NCBI RefSeq assembly: GCF_006345805.1 | Contig: NC_043010.1 | Span: 3,844,001-3,908,000 of the forward strand | DNA length: 64,000 nucleotides | Reading direction: 5' to 3' | Source: Octopus sinensis | Taxonomy: Eukaryota | Part shown: positions 13,880-26,311 of the stretch, piece after piece | How positions within the stretch are numbered: the stretch's first letter is position 1 | Layout of the letters: the number at the start of each line of letters is the position of its first letter | Made by a program: the position numbers and the translations under genes | The notes under the pieces: generated by a model | Databases searched by the model: none | What the model saw: the letters and a program-made list of their open reading frames with translations, nothing else | Told to the model about the DNA's origin: nothing

Positions 13880-15480
13880 TATAAAACGTAAGAGTTTTAA
13901 AGTTGTACTTACCTGGAGTGATTCGATTGTTTTTGGTCACTTTATATTATTTATCGGTCATTTAAGTATTTATGACGGATATTTAATAAATATCTCCCAA
14001 TTAATTATCGCAGAGGAAAAAATTATCATTGTTCAGCGTTAAAGGGGCATAACTGCAACGTGACTTCGCGAAAACCTTGCCTTTTCAGATCAAATTCTTT
14101 TCAATTGATCTGCAATAAAAAGAAAGAGAAACTAAAGTTACTAATGATAGAATTTTACGGAGAATGGACTTACGGCATCTACCGTTCCAAAGAAATTTTG
14201 ATTTATTCAACTTAGAATGAAGATCGGACTTAAAAATAGTATGTATTAAAAAGTTAGGCAAATAATACAATCGATGTTGTGTGTTCTGTGTTCTGTTTAC
14301 AAACGTAGAATTGAAATCGTGGCTTTCACTTTCGTGGCTTTCGGTTCTCAAAACTTTTGTTTTTGTTTACTAAATGTCATTCTATACTCTATTGTTGTGA
14401 TGAAAATTAACTTTGTGTGTATGTATGCATGTATATATATATGTGTGTGTACATATTTGTATGCGTATGACAAGCAAAAAATTATATCTAATTCTTATTA
14501 AATTTGGAAAAATCCGAAATACAAAGAATATAAATTACGAATTTTCTACTTGAAAAAAAAAAATGTAGTTATAATAAGTAATGAATAAATTTTAATAGTG
14601 TGTTCGTGGAGAAAATAATGTGTGAAATATAACAAAATTACTTTGTTTTCTTTATTCAAAGTATTTTGTACCAACCCAAAACGAAAGTCTCCGAATGTGG
14701 AACTTTTTAGCTTTCGGCCAGGTGGAACCATTTTTTATAAACTGTCCTTGAAAATTCGCCGCCCTGTTAGGTTTGAAGGTTTGGTATAACCTTAAATAAA
14801 AGTTTACCAGTTTCCTTTCTTTGTTTTCATTTTTTTTTTTAACGTTAAAGATCTTCGGTTATAACAATTATAAGAAATACAGTTTGCTGCTAAATCTCTG
14901 TTTAGCTCTGATCGGTCATGCTTACGACTGAAATCGCTCTCCCTTCGCATCTTTCCCTATAGCACGTTGCCAGGACTCCCTTTTAAAACAGAAACGGGTA
15001 CATCATCCATTGTACCCTACCCACTGTCCACCTTTTTTTTTTTTAAGAGGGTATCATTTTAGGGTTGTTTAGCTGTTATTTCTTGCGAATCGAACAACTG
15101 TATGATCTCGCCTTTTAGTTCGAGTACAATTCTTTCTAGAGAAAGTACATGTAGCGTACCACCACAACACGGAACATTTTCTGTGATTGTATATTAATAT
15201 TGTTTTTTTTTTATACATTGTAACTCTTTCACTTTTCATCTAAGTGTTACTTTCATTCTCTCATCTCAAACAAAAGTGAAAGTAGTTTCACTTTCGCCGC
15301 CCTCAAAGTGCGTGGTTGTGTGACGTAAGTGAAAGTGTTTGCAAAGTGCGTTTGTGTTTACAAACTGAGAAATGCATTGTTTTGTAAATAGAATCTCGGC
15401 TCGTTGCAGTAACGACACTCTTTCGATTTCTTTTTATTGCCATTCCACTATTTTTCCAGCTAATCCCAGTGGAATTGAAT
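13880..15480. promoter_or_regulatory. CpG-enriched, probably bidirectional promoter region
   Basis: Visibly richer in CpG than flanks and largely TE-free. Outward-facing strong donors: CAG|GTAAGT on minus (intron starts 13912) and GAC|GTAAGT on plus (15325). TTCGCCGCCCT at 14755 and 15293; GAAAGTGAAA-type motifs at 14323, 15226, 15273, 15284, 15327. Confidence 0.6.
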
Positions 15481-15789
15481 AATCACGTTTTCTCGTCGCT
15501 AAAATTTACGTCTTCATTGTCAATTCAAATTATAATAGTGCAGTTTTGTATCTTCCTTTATAATTTACCGTCTTGTTTTTATTCCTTATAAACATTAGAG
15601 GAGGGGGCTTAGTATGAGCTATACCTCATGCTAAGTCCCCACACCACGTGTTTTCTATTTGTTATGTTATCAAGACACTTGGTTTTTGGAAAGTTTTTTT
15701 CTTTCTTTCTTTATATTTTATACAATACAATTTCTTTCTTTAACTTATTTCTGATCGAGCAGACTCGTGTTTGAAGGCCTTCTGTTTAA

Positions 15790-16055
15790 CCCTTTAGTAT
15801 TTAAACTGGTTATATCCGGCTAAAAGTATTCTGCCTGTTTTATGCTCAAACTGGTTATATCCGGCCAAAAGTATTCTGCCTGTTTTATGCTCAAACTGGC
15901 CAGATCTGGTCTCTCACACCAACCCTACAATATCGTTTTGAAAATTAACAGCTACCTCATCAAAATCTCAAAGCTACAAGATAATGCCGGATTAGTTCAA
16001 GGCAATGTGGATAAAAAAGGATTAATTTTGGCAGAATAATGCGAACACTAAAAGG
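15790..16055. mobile_element. piggyBac-type MITE, 266 bp
   Basis: TTAA at 15786-15789 and 16056-16059; termini CCCTTTAGT / ACTAAAAGG; internal 45-bp tandem duplication 15803-15899. Confidence 0.8.
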
Positions 16056-17080
16056 TTAAGGGATAACAATATTGTCCAGCGTGCCTTACCCTTTATTTTC
16101 TAAAGTGTAAAGTGAGTTCAGGGAGTTTTGGCTGCTATTTTTAGCAGATCGAACCACTGCGCAGTCTCACTTGTTTGGTCAGTTACAATTTTTTTTTCAG
16201 GCTGGAGATGCCTCATTGCACTTGTAGTAAAGAATACTTTAGTTTTTGGTGGATGCCTAAGAATGCGAAGTGACCTCCCGGTGAATCAACTCTACCATTA
16301 GGTTTCCTTTCAATGGACGTCGGACTTAGGAAGCACCAACAAATCAGAACTTCTCCGTTTTAACGATGGTTTTTCAGATTCTTTTTTATAGTGTCCATTG
16401 AAATGCTCTGGACTATCTTTGCAAAAGGAAAAAAAAGAAAAAAGTTGTGAGAAACTATGTCCACCACCACCACCACCACGTTTACTCGACCGATTTTGTA
16501 GGCACTTTGCCCTTGGATACTATAGGAGAAGCCTTTTCAGTACAAAAAAAAAAAAAAGGTATGGGGTGGGAATGGCATGTGATTTAAAGGAGATTTAGCT
16601 GTTGTTTTAGCATATCCCACGACCGGTAAGGTTTAGAGTTGATAAAAAATGTTCGGAAAAAAAATTTTTTTAACGGCATAAATGAGTTTATGCTATTAAT
16701 GGGGAGAAAATATTGAAAAACATCAATACATCAATACTTGTCAGAGTGAAGAAATGAGGAAGGTGATCATAGGATATGCTAGAAACAACAGCCAAATCTC
16801 CCATTAGTCACACACCTTTACATCTAAAAATATTTTTTTTGTTTTTACTGAAAAAGCTTCCCCTAAAGTTTATAAGTGCGTAATCTCCCCACAAAAATCA
16901 TTGTACGTAGTGCCCACAAAGTTGACCAAAATTAGTCGGTTTAAAGATAGAAAAATTCTTTTACTTGTTTCAGTCATTTCACTGTGGCCATGCTGGAGCA
17001 CTGCCTTTAGTCGAACAAATCAATCCCAAGACTTATTCTTTGTAAGCCTAGTACTTATTCTATCGGTATCTTTTGCTGAA

Positions 17081-17313
17081 TAAGGCGGCGAGCTGGCTGA
17101 AACGTTAGCACGCCGGGCGAAATGCTTAGCGGTATTTCGTCTGCATTACGTTGTGAGTTCAAATTCCGCCGAGGTCGACTTTGCCTTTCATCCTTTCAGG
17201 GTTGATAAATTAAGTACCAGTTATGCACTGGGGTCGAAGTAATCGACTTAATACCTATGTCTGTCCTTGTTTGTCCCCTCTGTGTTTAGCCCCTTGTGGG
17301 TAATAAAGAAATA
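17081..17313 (+). mobile_element. SINE family C, full length, with 16-bp TSD
   Basis: TSD ggtatcttttgctgaa at 17065-17080 and 17314-17329; A-box-like TGGCTGAAACG, B-box GTTCAAATTCC. Confidence 0.92.
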
Positions 17314-17439
17314 GGTATCTTTTGCTGAACTGCTAAGTTACAGTGACACAAACACACCAAGATCAGTTGTCAAGCAATGGTGGTGGGGACATACACACAC
17401 ACACACGCACAAATATATAGATATATACATATATGTATG

Positions 17440-17830
17440 TGCCCGTGCCAGTAGGGTGCTAAGAGCACCATCCGAGCGTGATCGTTGCCAGAGCAGCCAA
17501 CTGGCTCCGTGCTGGTGGCATGTAAAAGGGCACCTTTCGAGCGTGATTGTTACCAACGTCGCCTTACTGGCACCTGTGCCGGTGGAATGTGTAAAAAAAT
17601 TCGAGCGAGGTCATTGCCAGTACTGCCTGATAGACCCTGTGCCGGTGGCATGTAAAAAGCACCCACTACACTCTCGGAGAGGTTGGCGTTAGGAAGGGCA
17701 TCCAGCTGTAGAAACTCTGCCAGATCAAGATTGGAGCCTGGTGTGGCTGTCTAGTTCGCCAGCCCTCAGTCAAAATCGTCCAACCCATGCTAGCATGGAA
17801 GGCGGACGTTAAACGATGATGATGATAATG
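17440..17830 (+). mobile_element. Family A RTE-tail element nested in a family B SINE
   Basis: gtggcatgtaaaa subrepeats, core, (GAT)n tail. Confidence 0.88.
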
Positions 17831-19704
17831 ATGATATATGAAGGGCTTCTTTAAGTTTCTGCCTACCAAATCCATTCATAAGGCTTTGGTTGGCCTGAGG
17901 CTATAGTAGAAGACACTTGCCCATGCAGTGGCACTGAACCAGGAACCATGTGGTTGGGAAGCAAGCTTCTTACCACACAGCCACACCTGCACCTATAAAT
18001 TTTAGAAAATTTATTTTTAGTAAATAGAGCGTTTCTAAGGGCATTTCTGAAGAGCATTTCCAGAGTATTTCAAAGGGCACTGTGAAAAAAAATCTGGAAA
18101 AGCCCCCATCAAAGTGGAAAAATTCCAACTTGTTAGTGTTTCCTAAGTCCGACATCCACCTTCATTTCTGCTGAAGTATTTGACTCCAAAGATCTTCAAG
18201 CAATCAGTTACTTTGCCCAATTACAATTTCTTTTTCTTTTTCTCTTCTCTAAATCTAGGATCTTGCGTGCATTAAGAAAAACCTATTTATGGGAATGGCT
18301 GCTTTTTTTTCCAGACAAGCAATAGAGAGGCCAAGACTGCATCTCTATTTGGATTCACAGTTGTAATAATTTCACTCCAATTAAGACACTAATTATAATT
18401 AGAGTGACATGAATGTTATACATTTTTATTTCTTTCATCTTATAATCCGACTTTGTCTACCTCCAAAAATAATGTTTAGCTTCAATGGGTTGATGAATTA
18501 GCAGAGTCATTAAGAGTATAAGATAGATAATATGCAATATTTGTTCTTGCACTCAGCAGTTCATTTCAACAGTATTATAAGCCCTTAAGCAAAGTGATGA
18601 GCTGTGGACCTCTACTTATGCAACCATGGCCTCTGGGTAAATACCCAGTGTGTTCATGCCTTAAGAGGCACTGGGTCTCTGCTCTCTGAGTTCAGATCCC
18701 ACCCAGAACACCTTTGCCTTTTGGGATCAATAAAGTACCTAACTCTAGTAGAGTTGATTCTATCCCTTCTTTATCCATCTCACTCTGGAAGAAACTGACT
18801 GTGAACAGATCTGGTAAAGGATGGTCTCTGCCAGCTTCAAAAATACTCAAGGCAGTGTATATCACTATGTCATCCTTATGACAATATCAGATATGAAGTG
18901 GGAGAGATGAGGCAAAGTTTGTTTAGATTAGGATGGGGGAATGTTCAAAACAGAACAATGGCTTACATGTTTTACTCCAGTGTTTAAAAACCCATTGTAT
19001 GGAGTATTACTGCAACTACCTACCATTTGTTGTTTTGTCATTGGTGAAGAATCAAATCCGCTTTATTTGAGTAGATTGAGCAGATGCTGAGCTGATTACA
19101 AATATGCTTAAGATAAAAAAAAAAAATATGTATACAGTGTCCTTGTTTAGAACCAGGTCAACCTGGACAGGACAGACCTATTGTCAAGGCATTTCGGTTG
19201 TGACACTCTAATGAGTTTACGAATAACCTAAAATATTTACTATTTTCTTGAAAATGATTTCATTTTGATTTTAATTAATCTTTTAATTAGGTCTGTTATA
19301 AAGTAGTAACTATTGTATAATAAATACTTTTTCTTTGTATGTATGTATGTATGTATGTATGTATGTATGTATGTATGTATGTATATATATATATATATAT
19401 AGGCAGTAATAAATTTACACAAGACAGTGACTATAGCTAGAAATATGGCAGGAAAATAATCAGTGACTACACTTAACACAGCACTACAGAGAAAAATTTC
19501 TATTTTTAATTAGCTTAATTACCCAGAAAACCTATAGTATAACAATAAGGTTATATGTATTTAAAACATTTTGTTTGTTTTTTTTGATGTATTCAGAAAA
19601 CACTTCAAAATGTTATATTAGTAACAATCAATAAGCCAAGAGTTGAGTTTTGAGACTAAATGATTCATTTACCCACTAACCTTTTTTTTTACTTTTTTTC
19701 AAAG

Positions 19705-19809
19705 TTTCTTCTATCATATTTGTAATACACCAGCTGCTCACTTATGCTCGCTTTTCTTATAAATTTAGTAAATACCTAGTGAGTGTTTTGCTTCAGTTGA
19801 CTGATATTG
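19705..19809 (+). CDS. Candidate coding exon, unknown product (xSSIIFVIHQLLTYARFSYKFSKYLVSVLLQLTDI)
   Basis: Branch-like CACTAAC, poly-T tract, AG at 19703-19704; 105 nt open in one frame; TTG|GTAAGT donor. No recognised homology. Confidence 0.25.
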
Positions 19810-20152
19810 GTAAGTGGTAAGAAATTATAAGAAATTTTGAAAACTAGGTGATGCAATGAATTTTGAATATGACTAAAAATTCTTAATTTCTCCACAATAG
19901 CAGCAGCAAGTAAATGTGGATAAGATACAAAGAAGTGAGTAGAAATAAAAGACGGCATCTGTTATGTATATTATGTATCTTTGTAGAAAGGGTTATCACT
20001 AGCATCAATGGAATTATTGTTTCTTTTTATTTGTTTATTTATTTATTTATTCAGGCACTATTAATTTAATCTTTTTTCAGGTTTTTAAAAGATTGTATTG
20101 AACAATTCAGTCTCTGTTCATCACATGTCAAATAAATGTACATATGTACATA

Positions 20153-20326
20153 GGCGCAAGAGTGGCTGTGTGGTAAGTAGCTTGCTAACCAACCACATGG
20201 TTCCGGGTTCAGTCCCACTGCGTGACATCTTGGGCAAGTGTCTTCTTCTGCTATAGCCCCGGGCCGACCAATGCCTTGTGAGTGGATTTGGTAGACGGAA
20301 ACTGAAAGAAGCCTGTCGTATATATG

Positions 20327-20410
<84 letters not shown>

Positions 20411-20599
20411 TTGTCCTCCCAGCATTGCTTGACAACTGATGCTGGTGTGTTTACGTCCCCGTCACTTAGCGGTTCGGCAAAAGAGACCGATAGTACTGGG
20501 CTTACAAAGAATAAGTCCCGGTGTCGATTTGCTCGACTAAAGGCAGTGCTCCGGCATGGCCGCAGTCAAATGACTGAAACAAGTAAAAGAGTAAAAGAG
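20153..20599 (+). mobile_element. SINE family B, full length
   Basis: Near-identical to 6572-6968 with an expanded central (TA)n. Confidence 0.92.
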
Positions 20600-21270
20600 T
20601 ATGTATATGTATGTCTGGATCGATGAATGCATAGATGGATGTATGAATGTGTATGTGTGTACATATGTGTTTTTACATGTATGTGTATGTATAAACACAC
20701 TCTCTCACACCAATGTACACATACACACACACACACTCACTCGATCACACACATACAGTTGTATTAGATGCAAGTATATTTAAATCACACTGGAATTTGA
20801 AGTGCTCTAAATTTACATACATTCACATATCCTTTACATAAAACTATTTTCTGAAAGCCCAGCCCTTATTAAATAAATGATTAATAGGAAAAATAAAAAA
20901 AAAGCAGGTAAAATGGTAATGGAACAATATTTATTAAAATTAATTTTAGCTAAGAAAGTCAATTTTTAAGAGACTTGGAAACCTCTATATAGCTACTCAA
21001 CCAGCTGGATATAGCAGCTAAATCACCCTAAGGTCACCCAAAGAAAGAAATAATTGATAGTTCAGTCAGCCCTATACAAAAAGACAGGATGATCACATCT
21101 GGAATGACTTTACCTCTAGATCTGTTCAAATAGGGCTGACTTGAAGCAACAACAGCTACAAAAACATATTAAGTTGTTTGCTGTGTTGTTAACATAACTG
21201 TTTTGCTTTTTCGTGATTCTGGAGTTTTTGAGTAAGAGGTAGATGAGAACCTCAGTTAAATTATATCAAA

Positions 21271-21669
21271 CTAGCAGTATCGCCCGGTGTTGCTCGGGTT
21301 TGTAAGGGAAATAACTATATAAGCATTTTTAGAGAGTTATAGCCAAAAAATAGCAAAAAATGCATTAAAAATGGGAAAAAAATTATGGTAAATTTTTTTT
21401 AAATCGTTGACTCATCGTAGACATTTTTAGAGAGTTACTTCCCTTATATAATAGCGAAAAAATGCATTAAAATGGAAAAAAATTATGGTAAATTTTCTTT
21501 TAAATCATAGACTCATCGTAGACGCATGCTAATACCCAGAAGGGCTCAATATGAATCACGACTATAATATACCCGGTTTTGGTTACACTGCACTGCAAAA
21601 TGTGGGAGTAGTTAGGAATCTAAATCGTAGGAGACAGACAGCACACAACCTCTCTTTTATATATAAAGA
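21271..21669 (-). mobile_element. Non-autonomous Helitron, 399 bp
   Basis: CTAG end at 21271, TC start at 21669, A|T target, hairpin. Confidence 0.9.
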
Positions 21670-22270
21670 TAAATGGAAGGTCATATTACTTATATATTAA
21701 TATCTATAACAATGCTTTTTAATAAGTGCCTTCTCCTTAATAACAACAATAACTGTATTTTTAAGTAAAAGCCTTCTCCTTAATAAATCTTTTCTATTTT
21801 ATGGAGGGATTTTCAAACCTTTTGCTTGGTGTATCCTTTCATCATTTCTGGCAGTGTTGGCTTACCCCTTTTGAAGTCTATCAATTAAAACAGTTGGATA
21901 CTATACAATAGACAATAAGTGTATTATTTAACTTAGTCTCATTGAAAGGGTTCAAATCTTGCTTAGGCCAGTTGTTCCTCTCATCCTGCCTGAGTTAATA
22001 AAATAGAGTATTTGGGGCACTGGAGTCAATATAATTAACTGTTCCCCCCTGCAAGTTTCTTGCCTTATGTTTTCTGTAAGAAATTAATTCATTTAAGGTT
22101 ATGGTTTTAATGAGATTAATGAACTTGGCTCTTATGGTCAAGCAATACACTTCTAGACAGAGTGTTAGAAAGTTACTTGCATTTTCTCAATTGACAATCT
22201 TGTTCACAATGATAAGTGAATAATAACAATGAAAAGCTCTCCACACTATACGTTTCTCAGATATATATAA

Positions 22271-22655
22271 CTAGCAGTATCGCCTGGCGTTGCTCGGGTT
22301 TGTAAGGGAAATAACTATATAAGCATTTTTAGAGATGTAAAGTATAATAGCCATCTCAATATGGCTAACCACAAAGGAGGGGGTGTTACTGTAGCTTTTT
22401 ACGTTCTGAGATTTAATAATAATTTTTTAGAGAGTTACTTCCCTTATATATGCCAAAAATGCATTAAAAATGGGAAAAATTGATGGTAAATTTTTTTTAA
22501 ATCGTAGATGCGCGCTAATACCCAGAAGGGCTCGATATGAATCATGACTATAAGATACCTGGTTTTGGTTAAACTGCACTGCAAAATGTGGGAGTAGTTA
22601 GGAATCTAAATCGTTGGAGACAGACAGCACACAACCTCTCTTTTATATATAAAGA
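22271..22655 (-). mobile_element. Non-autonomous Helitron, 385 bp, with a distinct internal segment
   Basis: Same termini as other copies; segment ~22335-22430 absent from them. Confidence 0.9.
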
Positions 22656-24339
22656 TGTGTTTAGTTGGTTGTGATTACATGAAAATTCCAGAGTTATTAC
22701 AACTCTTGGCTGTCCTTGCAATTTCTTTTGCGTATGCCTTGAGGTCCATGTACCATGGCATGAACAGCTGATACTATGTATGAGGAATGTTAGAAACTAA
22801 GAATATTTAAGGATAAATTAAAAGAACTGCTAAAGCCATAGTTGCAATCTCATTGCAAAATAAATACAATAAGATAATATTTTAATGTGCATGTATGCCA
22901 TATTTATGAGGAAAATAGTTGTTGTTATTTTTAGTAATATTGAAATATTTATTAATATTTTTATAGCAATATTTATAATTTATTAAGTAATTGAGTATGT
23001 AACATTGTATGGACAAAATTAAAATCAATATATATTTGTTATATTCTATTTTCTAATATGTTGTGTATGAGTGTGTATCTTTTTGTGTCTATATTATCTT
23101 GATATATTTACTTTACCTTTGTAAAATATTGTAAAGGCACTGAAGAAATATTGGAATATAAAGTTGTGTTGACTATTGTATTTTGTTGACAGATGCCACG
23201 ATTCAATTATTGTAGTAAGCAAACAAAAGGATAAGCATGGATATATGTTTGTCTGTTGGAAAGCAAGATATATACAATAACGAAAGTGAAAGTATTGTGA
23301 CTCAAGGGAGATAAGTTGAATACGAACCATTTGATATGAACATATTATAAGCACGAGAGACAAATATGGTAGAAGTAGAAGCAAGCTGTGAGAGGGCTTC
23401 AGTGTTATTACATAGCTGATGCAGAATGTATATGGCAATATAGGCATATAGAATTAATGTTTAGATAAAATAAAACTTGAAATTTGGATCTTAACAGCGC
23501 TTGATGATAGAATACTTGTTATAAAATTAAGATTTATGGAAAAACTCTGCAATGAAAACTCAAACAGAGTATGCTAACATGAAATGATTAGGTGTTAATC
23601 CAGTGTCAATGTGTGTATGTGTGTGTGTGTGTGTGTGTTCTGTCTGCAGTAACTTTGTATACCTCTTTTTATAAAGTGTCATTATAAATTATTTACGATT
23701 AATTTGTAGGATGATTATAGTCTTTTTGGAATTTAAAATTCATTTAAATTTAGTTCTATATATCATAGAATTAATCTCTAAAGAGCATTTAAAGTCCTCA
23801 TGTCTTTATTTTACTACCATCAAAAAAGAAATTTATTATAATTTGGTTGCAGATTTTTAGTTTATTTTACAAGGAGATCTAAAGTTGATAGTTTGTTCAA
23901 CTAAATTCCATTCTCAGATGTCTTGGAGATAAGGATAACTAATGTGATTCAAGGTATAACTGAAAATCAGCTGCAAAAGTTATTTCTAGTTGCATCAGAG
24001 TTTGTTTATGTAAAAAAAAAAGGTGGAAATTGCTGAAAATTAACAATCTCAAGATTAAAACTGTTTTAAAAAAAATTAATGTATTCCTTCATTCATACCT
24101 ATTGATTAATTCCTCTGTGTATAGACATAATGTTAGACAAATGTAAAGTTGCATAAAGACTTTATAATGAGCATAAACACACTCAGATGCATGTATGCAC
24201 GTGTATGTGTGTGTGTGTAATGTGAAAGCAAAATATTTGGCATCACTCAAAAAAACATTTAATTTACATAGAGAAAATAAACAGATAAAGGAAATTACTT
24301 TGTTTTGGAGTGATACTTTTTCATTTTTTATTTTAATAT

Positions 24340-24440
24340 CATCATCATCATCATCATCGTTTATAGTCCGTTTTCTATGCTAGCATGGGTTGGACGGTTC
24401 GCCCGGGGTCTGGGAAGCCAGCAGGCTGCACTAGGCTCAT
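24340..24440 (-). mobile_element. Family A element, 5'-truncated
   Basis: (CAT)n tail then gtccgttttctatgctagcatgggttggacgg. Confidence 0.8.
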
Positions 24441-24814
24441 ATATATATATATATATATATACAAGATAAGAAAATGAAGAAATACATCTAAATCTATATT
24501 TATATATCAAATCTTTTCCTCTCCCATTCACAGTTCTCTGTCTGTCACTCTCTCTCCCTCACTCTTCCTCCTTTGCTCACGTGGATCCCACATGACCATC
24601 AGCCATTTTTCTTTCTTGTGTTTCATTCTTTCTTCCTGTTGGACAAGGAAGACGTATTCTTGTCTGTCTCCTGTCCAAGTTTGTTTCTTCGTGTTCGTCA
24701 CCACAAACTCGTTCAGTCTTACTGTGTGACACGTTGGGTGAGTCTTGTGAGTGGATTTGACAGATGGAAACTGAAAGAAGCATGTTGTATATACACACAC
24801 ACACACACACACAC

Positions 24815-25345
24815 ATAATTTGGTCCTTCAGCCTCAAAGGAAGAGGCCACTTGCATCTTTTTCTGTCTTTGACAAGGGTTGAAACTTGAAACCAGTTTGT
24901 GACACAGCTGCACAGGTCACCTTTTGAGGTGGATCTCCAGGTTTCCATTTGCCCACCCTTTAGTCTCTTCCCACCCGCTGGCAACTGTGTAATTGCAGTT
25001 CTTATTGGAATATTGTCCACCATTTGTAGGAGATGCCCTGATGACAAGAATTGGGCATTTGGCATTGTATCTTCAAAACACCTCCTCGTTTGTGATCTTG
25101 TCTTGCTACCTAATGCCCAAGACTTTTCAGAAACATCTTCGCTGGAAAATATCTGTGATATATATATATGGGGGTGGGGTATGGAATTCAGCTGCAAGTA
25201 TTAGAATCTCTGTCTTAATTTTACCTATACGTTACCAAAGCTATAACCAAATAATTAAAGATGGAAGTGTATCAGACGGCCTGATACTGTCAAATGCCAA
25301 TGTCTTCTTTATCCGTATCCAGTGATAAACATTCAGTTTACAAAC
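24815..25345 (-). mobile_element. RTE-clade LINE ORF 3' end, decayed
   Basis: GHLLQMVDNIPIRTAITQLPAGGKRLKGGQMETWRSTSKGDL...LVKDRKRCK matches the RTE C-terminal pattern (GH..RM...R.P....G.R..G..RK.W). Confidence 0.8.
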
Positions 25346-25676
25346 AAGACCTCTTCTAGAAATAGCCAACCCTCATCTGACACACACACCCACACACACA
25401 CACACTTTCACACACCTTTACAACCACTGTTATTTTGCCAACATGAAGATCAGTTGATTTTAATGTTGCAAGCAGACTTGACCAACTGACTGAACATTGC
25501 TTTTATTGAATTAACGAGTCTTGGGTAGGGACTGAAAAAAGTTTTGCGTAAGCGTATATAAAACACATCCCCTGCCATACTGACACAAAACTCTCATCAA
25601 TACTTTTACTGTTTTGTTTATAAAACTTTATAGGATTATTAAAGTTAACGATGAATTAGTTTATAGGAGAATTCAG

Positions 25677-26104
25677 GGATCTTTTCGGTTTGAACGGCAG
25701 TTTTTTCTAGGGGTGTCATATGAAATTGTCACCCATAATTATGACCCTAGTATCGATCTATTGCATTTCAATCTGTTTTAGGGTTAGGGTTAGGGTTGGG
25801 ATTGGGGGGAAAGGTATCTTTTTTTTTTCAGAAATGTAAATAAACCCAATCTGTTTCTTAAACAAGGGACATTTTCATACAGCACAGAATGTTTTCACCT
25901 CAATACACGGTCATTGATTGGTTGAAATTGCAGAAATTGAAGAAAAAAAACAACAACAAATATCTTACAAACTATAGAATTTTCTCAATAAAGCCAAGAG
26001 AAAAAGATGTTTTATAAACACATTCTACCAGTATACGAATTTTAAAAGTGTTTAGCTATGTGGAAATTGTTTTAAAAAAACTGCCGTTCAAACCGAAAAG
26101 ATCC
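25677..26104. mobile_element. MITE with ~30-bp TIRs and 8-bp TSD (Merlin-like; hAT not excluded)
   Basis: TIR GGATCTTTTCGGTTTGAACGGCAGTTTTTT and its reverse complement; TSD GAATTCAG at 25669-25676 and 26105-26112; GG termini. Confidence 0.85.
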
Positions 26105-26311
26105 GAATTCAGTAAGATCGATTGCTGTGAAATAACATTAGCAGCGATTTATTTTTCTAATTGCGTTTAGAATAAATGGCACAGGAAAAAAATAACGTTA
26201 CAATTAGTTACCTCCCTTACATAAAATAACATCTTGCAGTTTATGTGATTGTGTCAGCGAGGTGAACCCTCCTTATTGATTGGAAATTGTTGTCAAAGGA
26301 ATCGGTGTTCG

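Larger units (their letters stand above)
16953..17995 (-). mobile_element. SINE family B interrupted by a family C SINE and a family A element
   Basis: 3' tail near 16955, body resumes at 17314, head at 17830-17995. Confidence 0.85.

Noticed and set aside
14546-14731. Minus-strand ORF MVPPGRKLKSSTFGDFRFG as a first coding exon
   Set aside because: No convincing donor and no recognised homology.
16310-18160. ~100-bp inverted similarity between 16310-16410 and 18050-18160 as MITE termini
   Set aside because: Similarity does not extend outward and no TSD; more likely two copies of an old dispersed repeat.
20066-20626. Recurrent ORFs such as MLGGQTQTH...YDRLLSVSVYQIHSQG (also 6531, 26478, 36440, 60918)
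   Set aside because: Translations of SINE family B, not a gene family.
23918-24040. RRM-like reading VLEIRITNVIQGITENQLQKLFLVASEFVYVKKKG
   Set aside because: Frame stops before any RNP1 motif; resemblance too weak to call.
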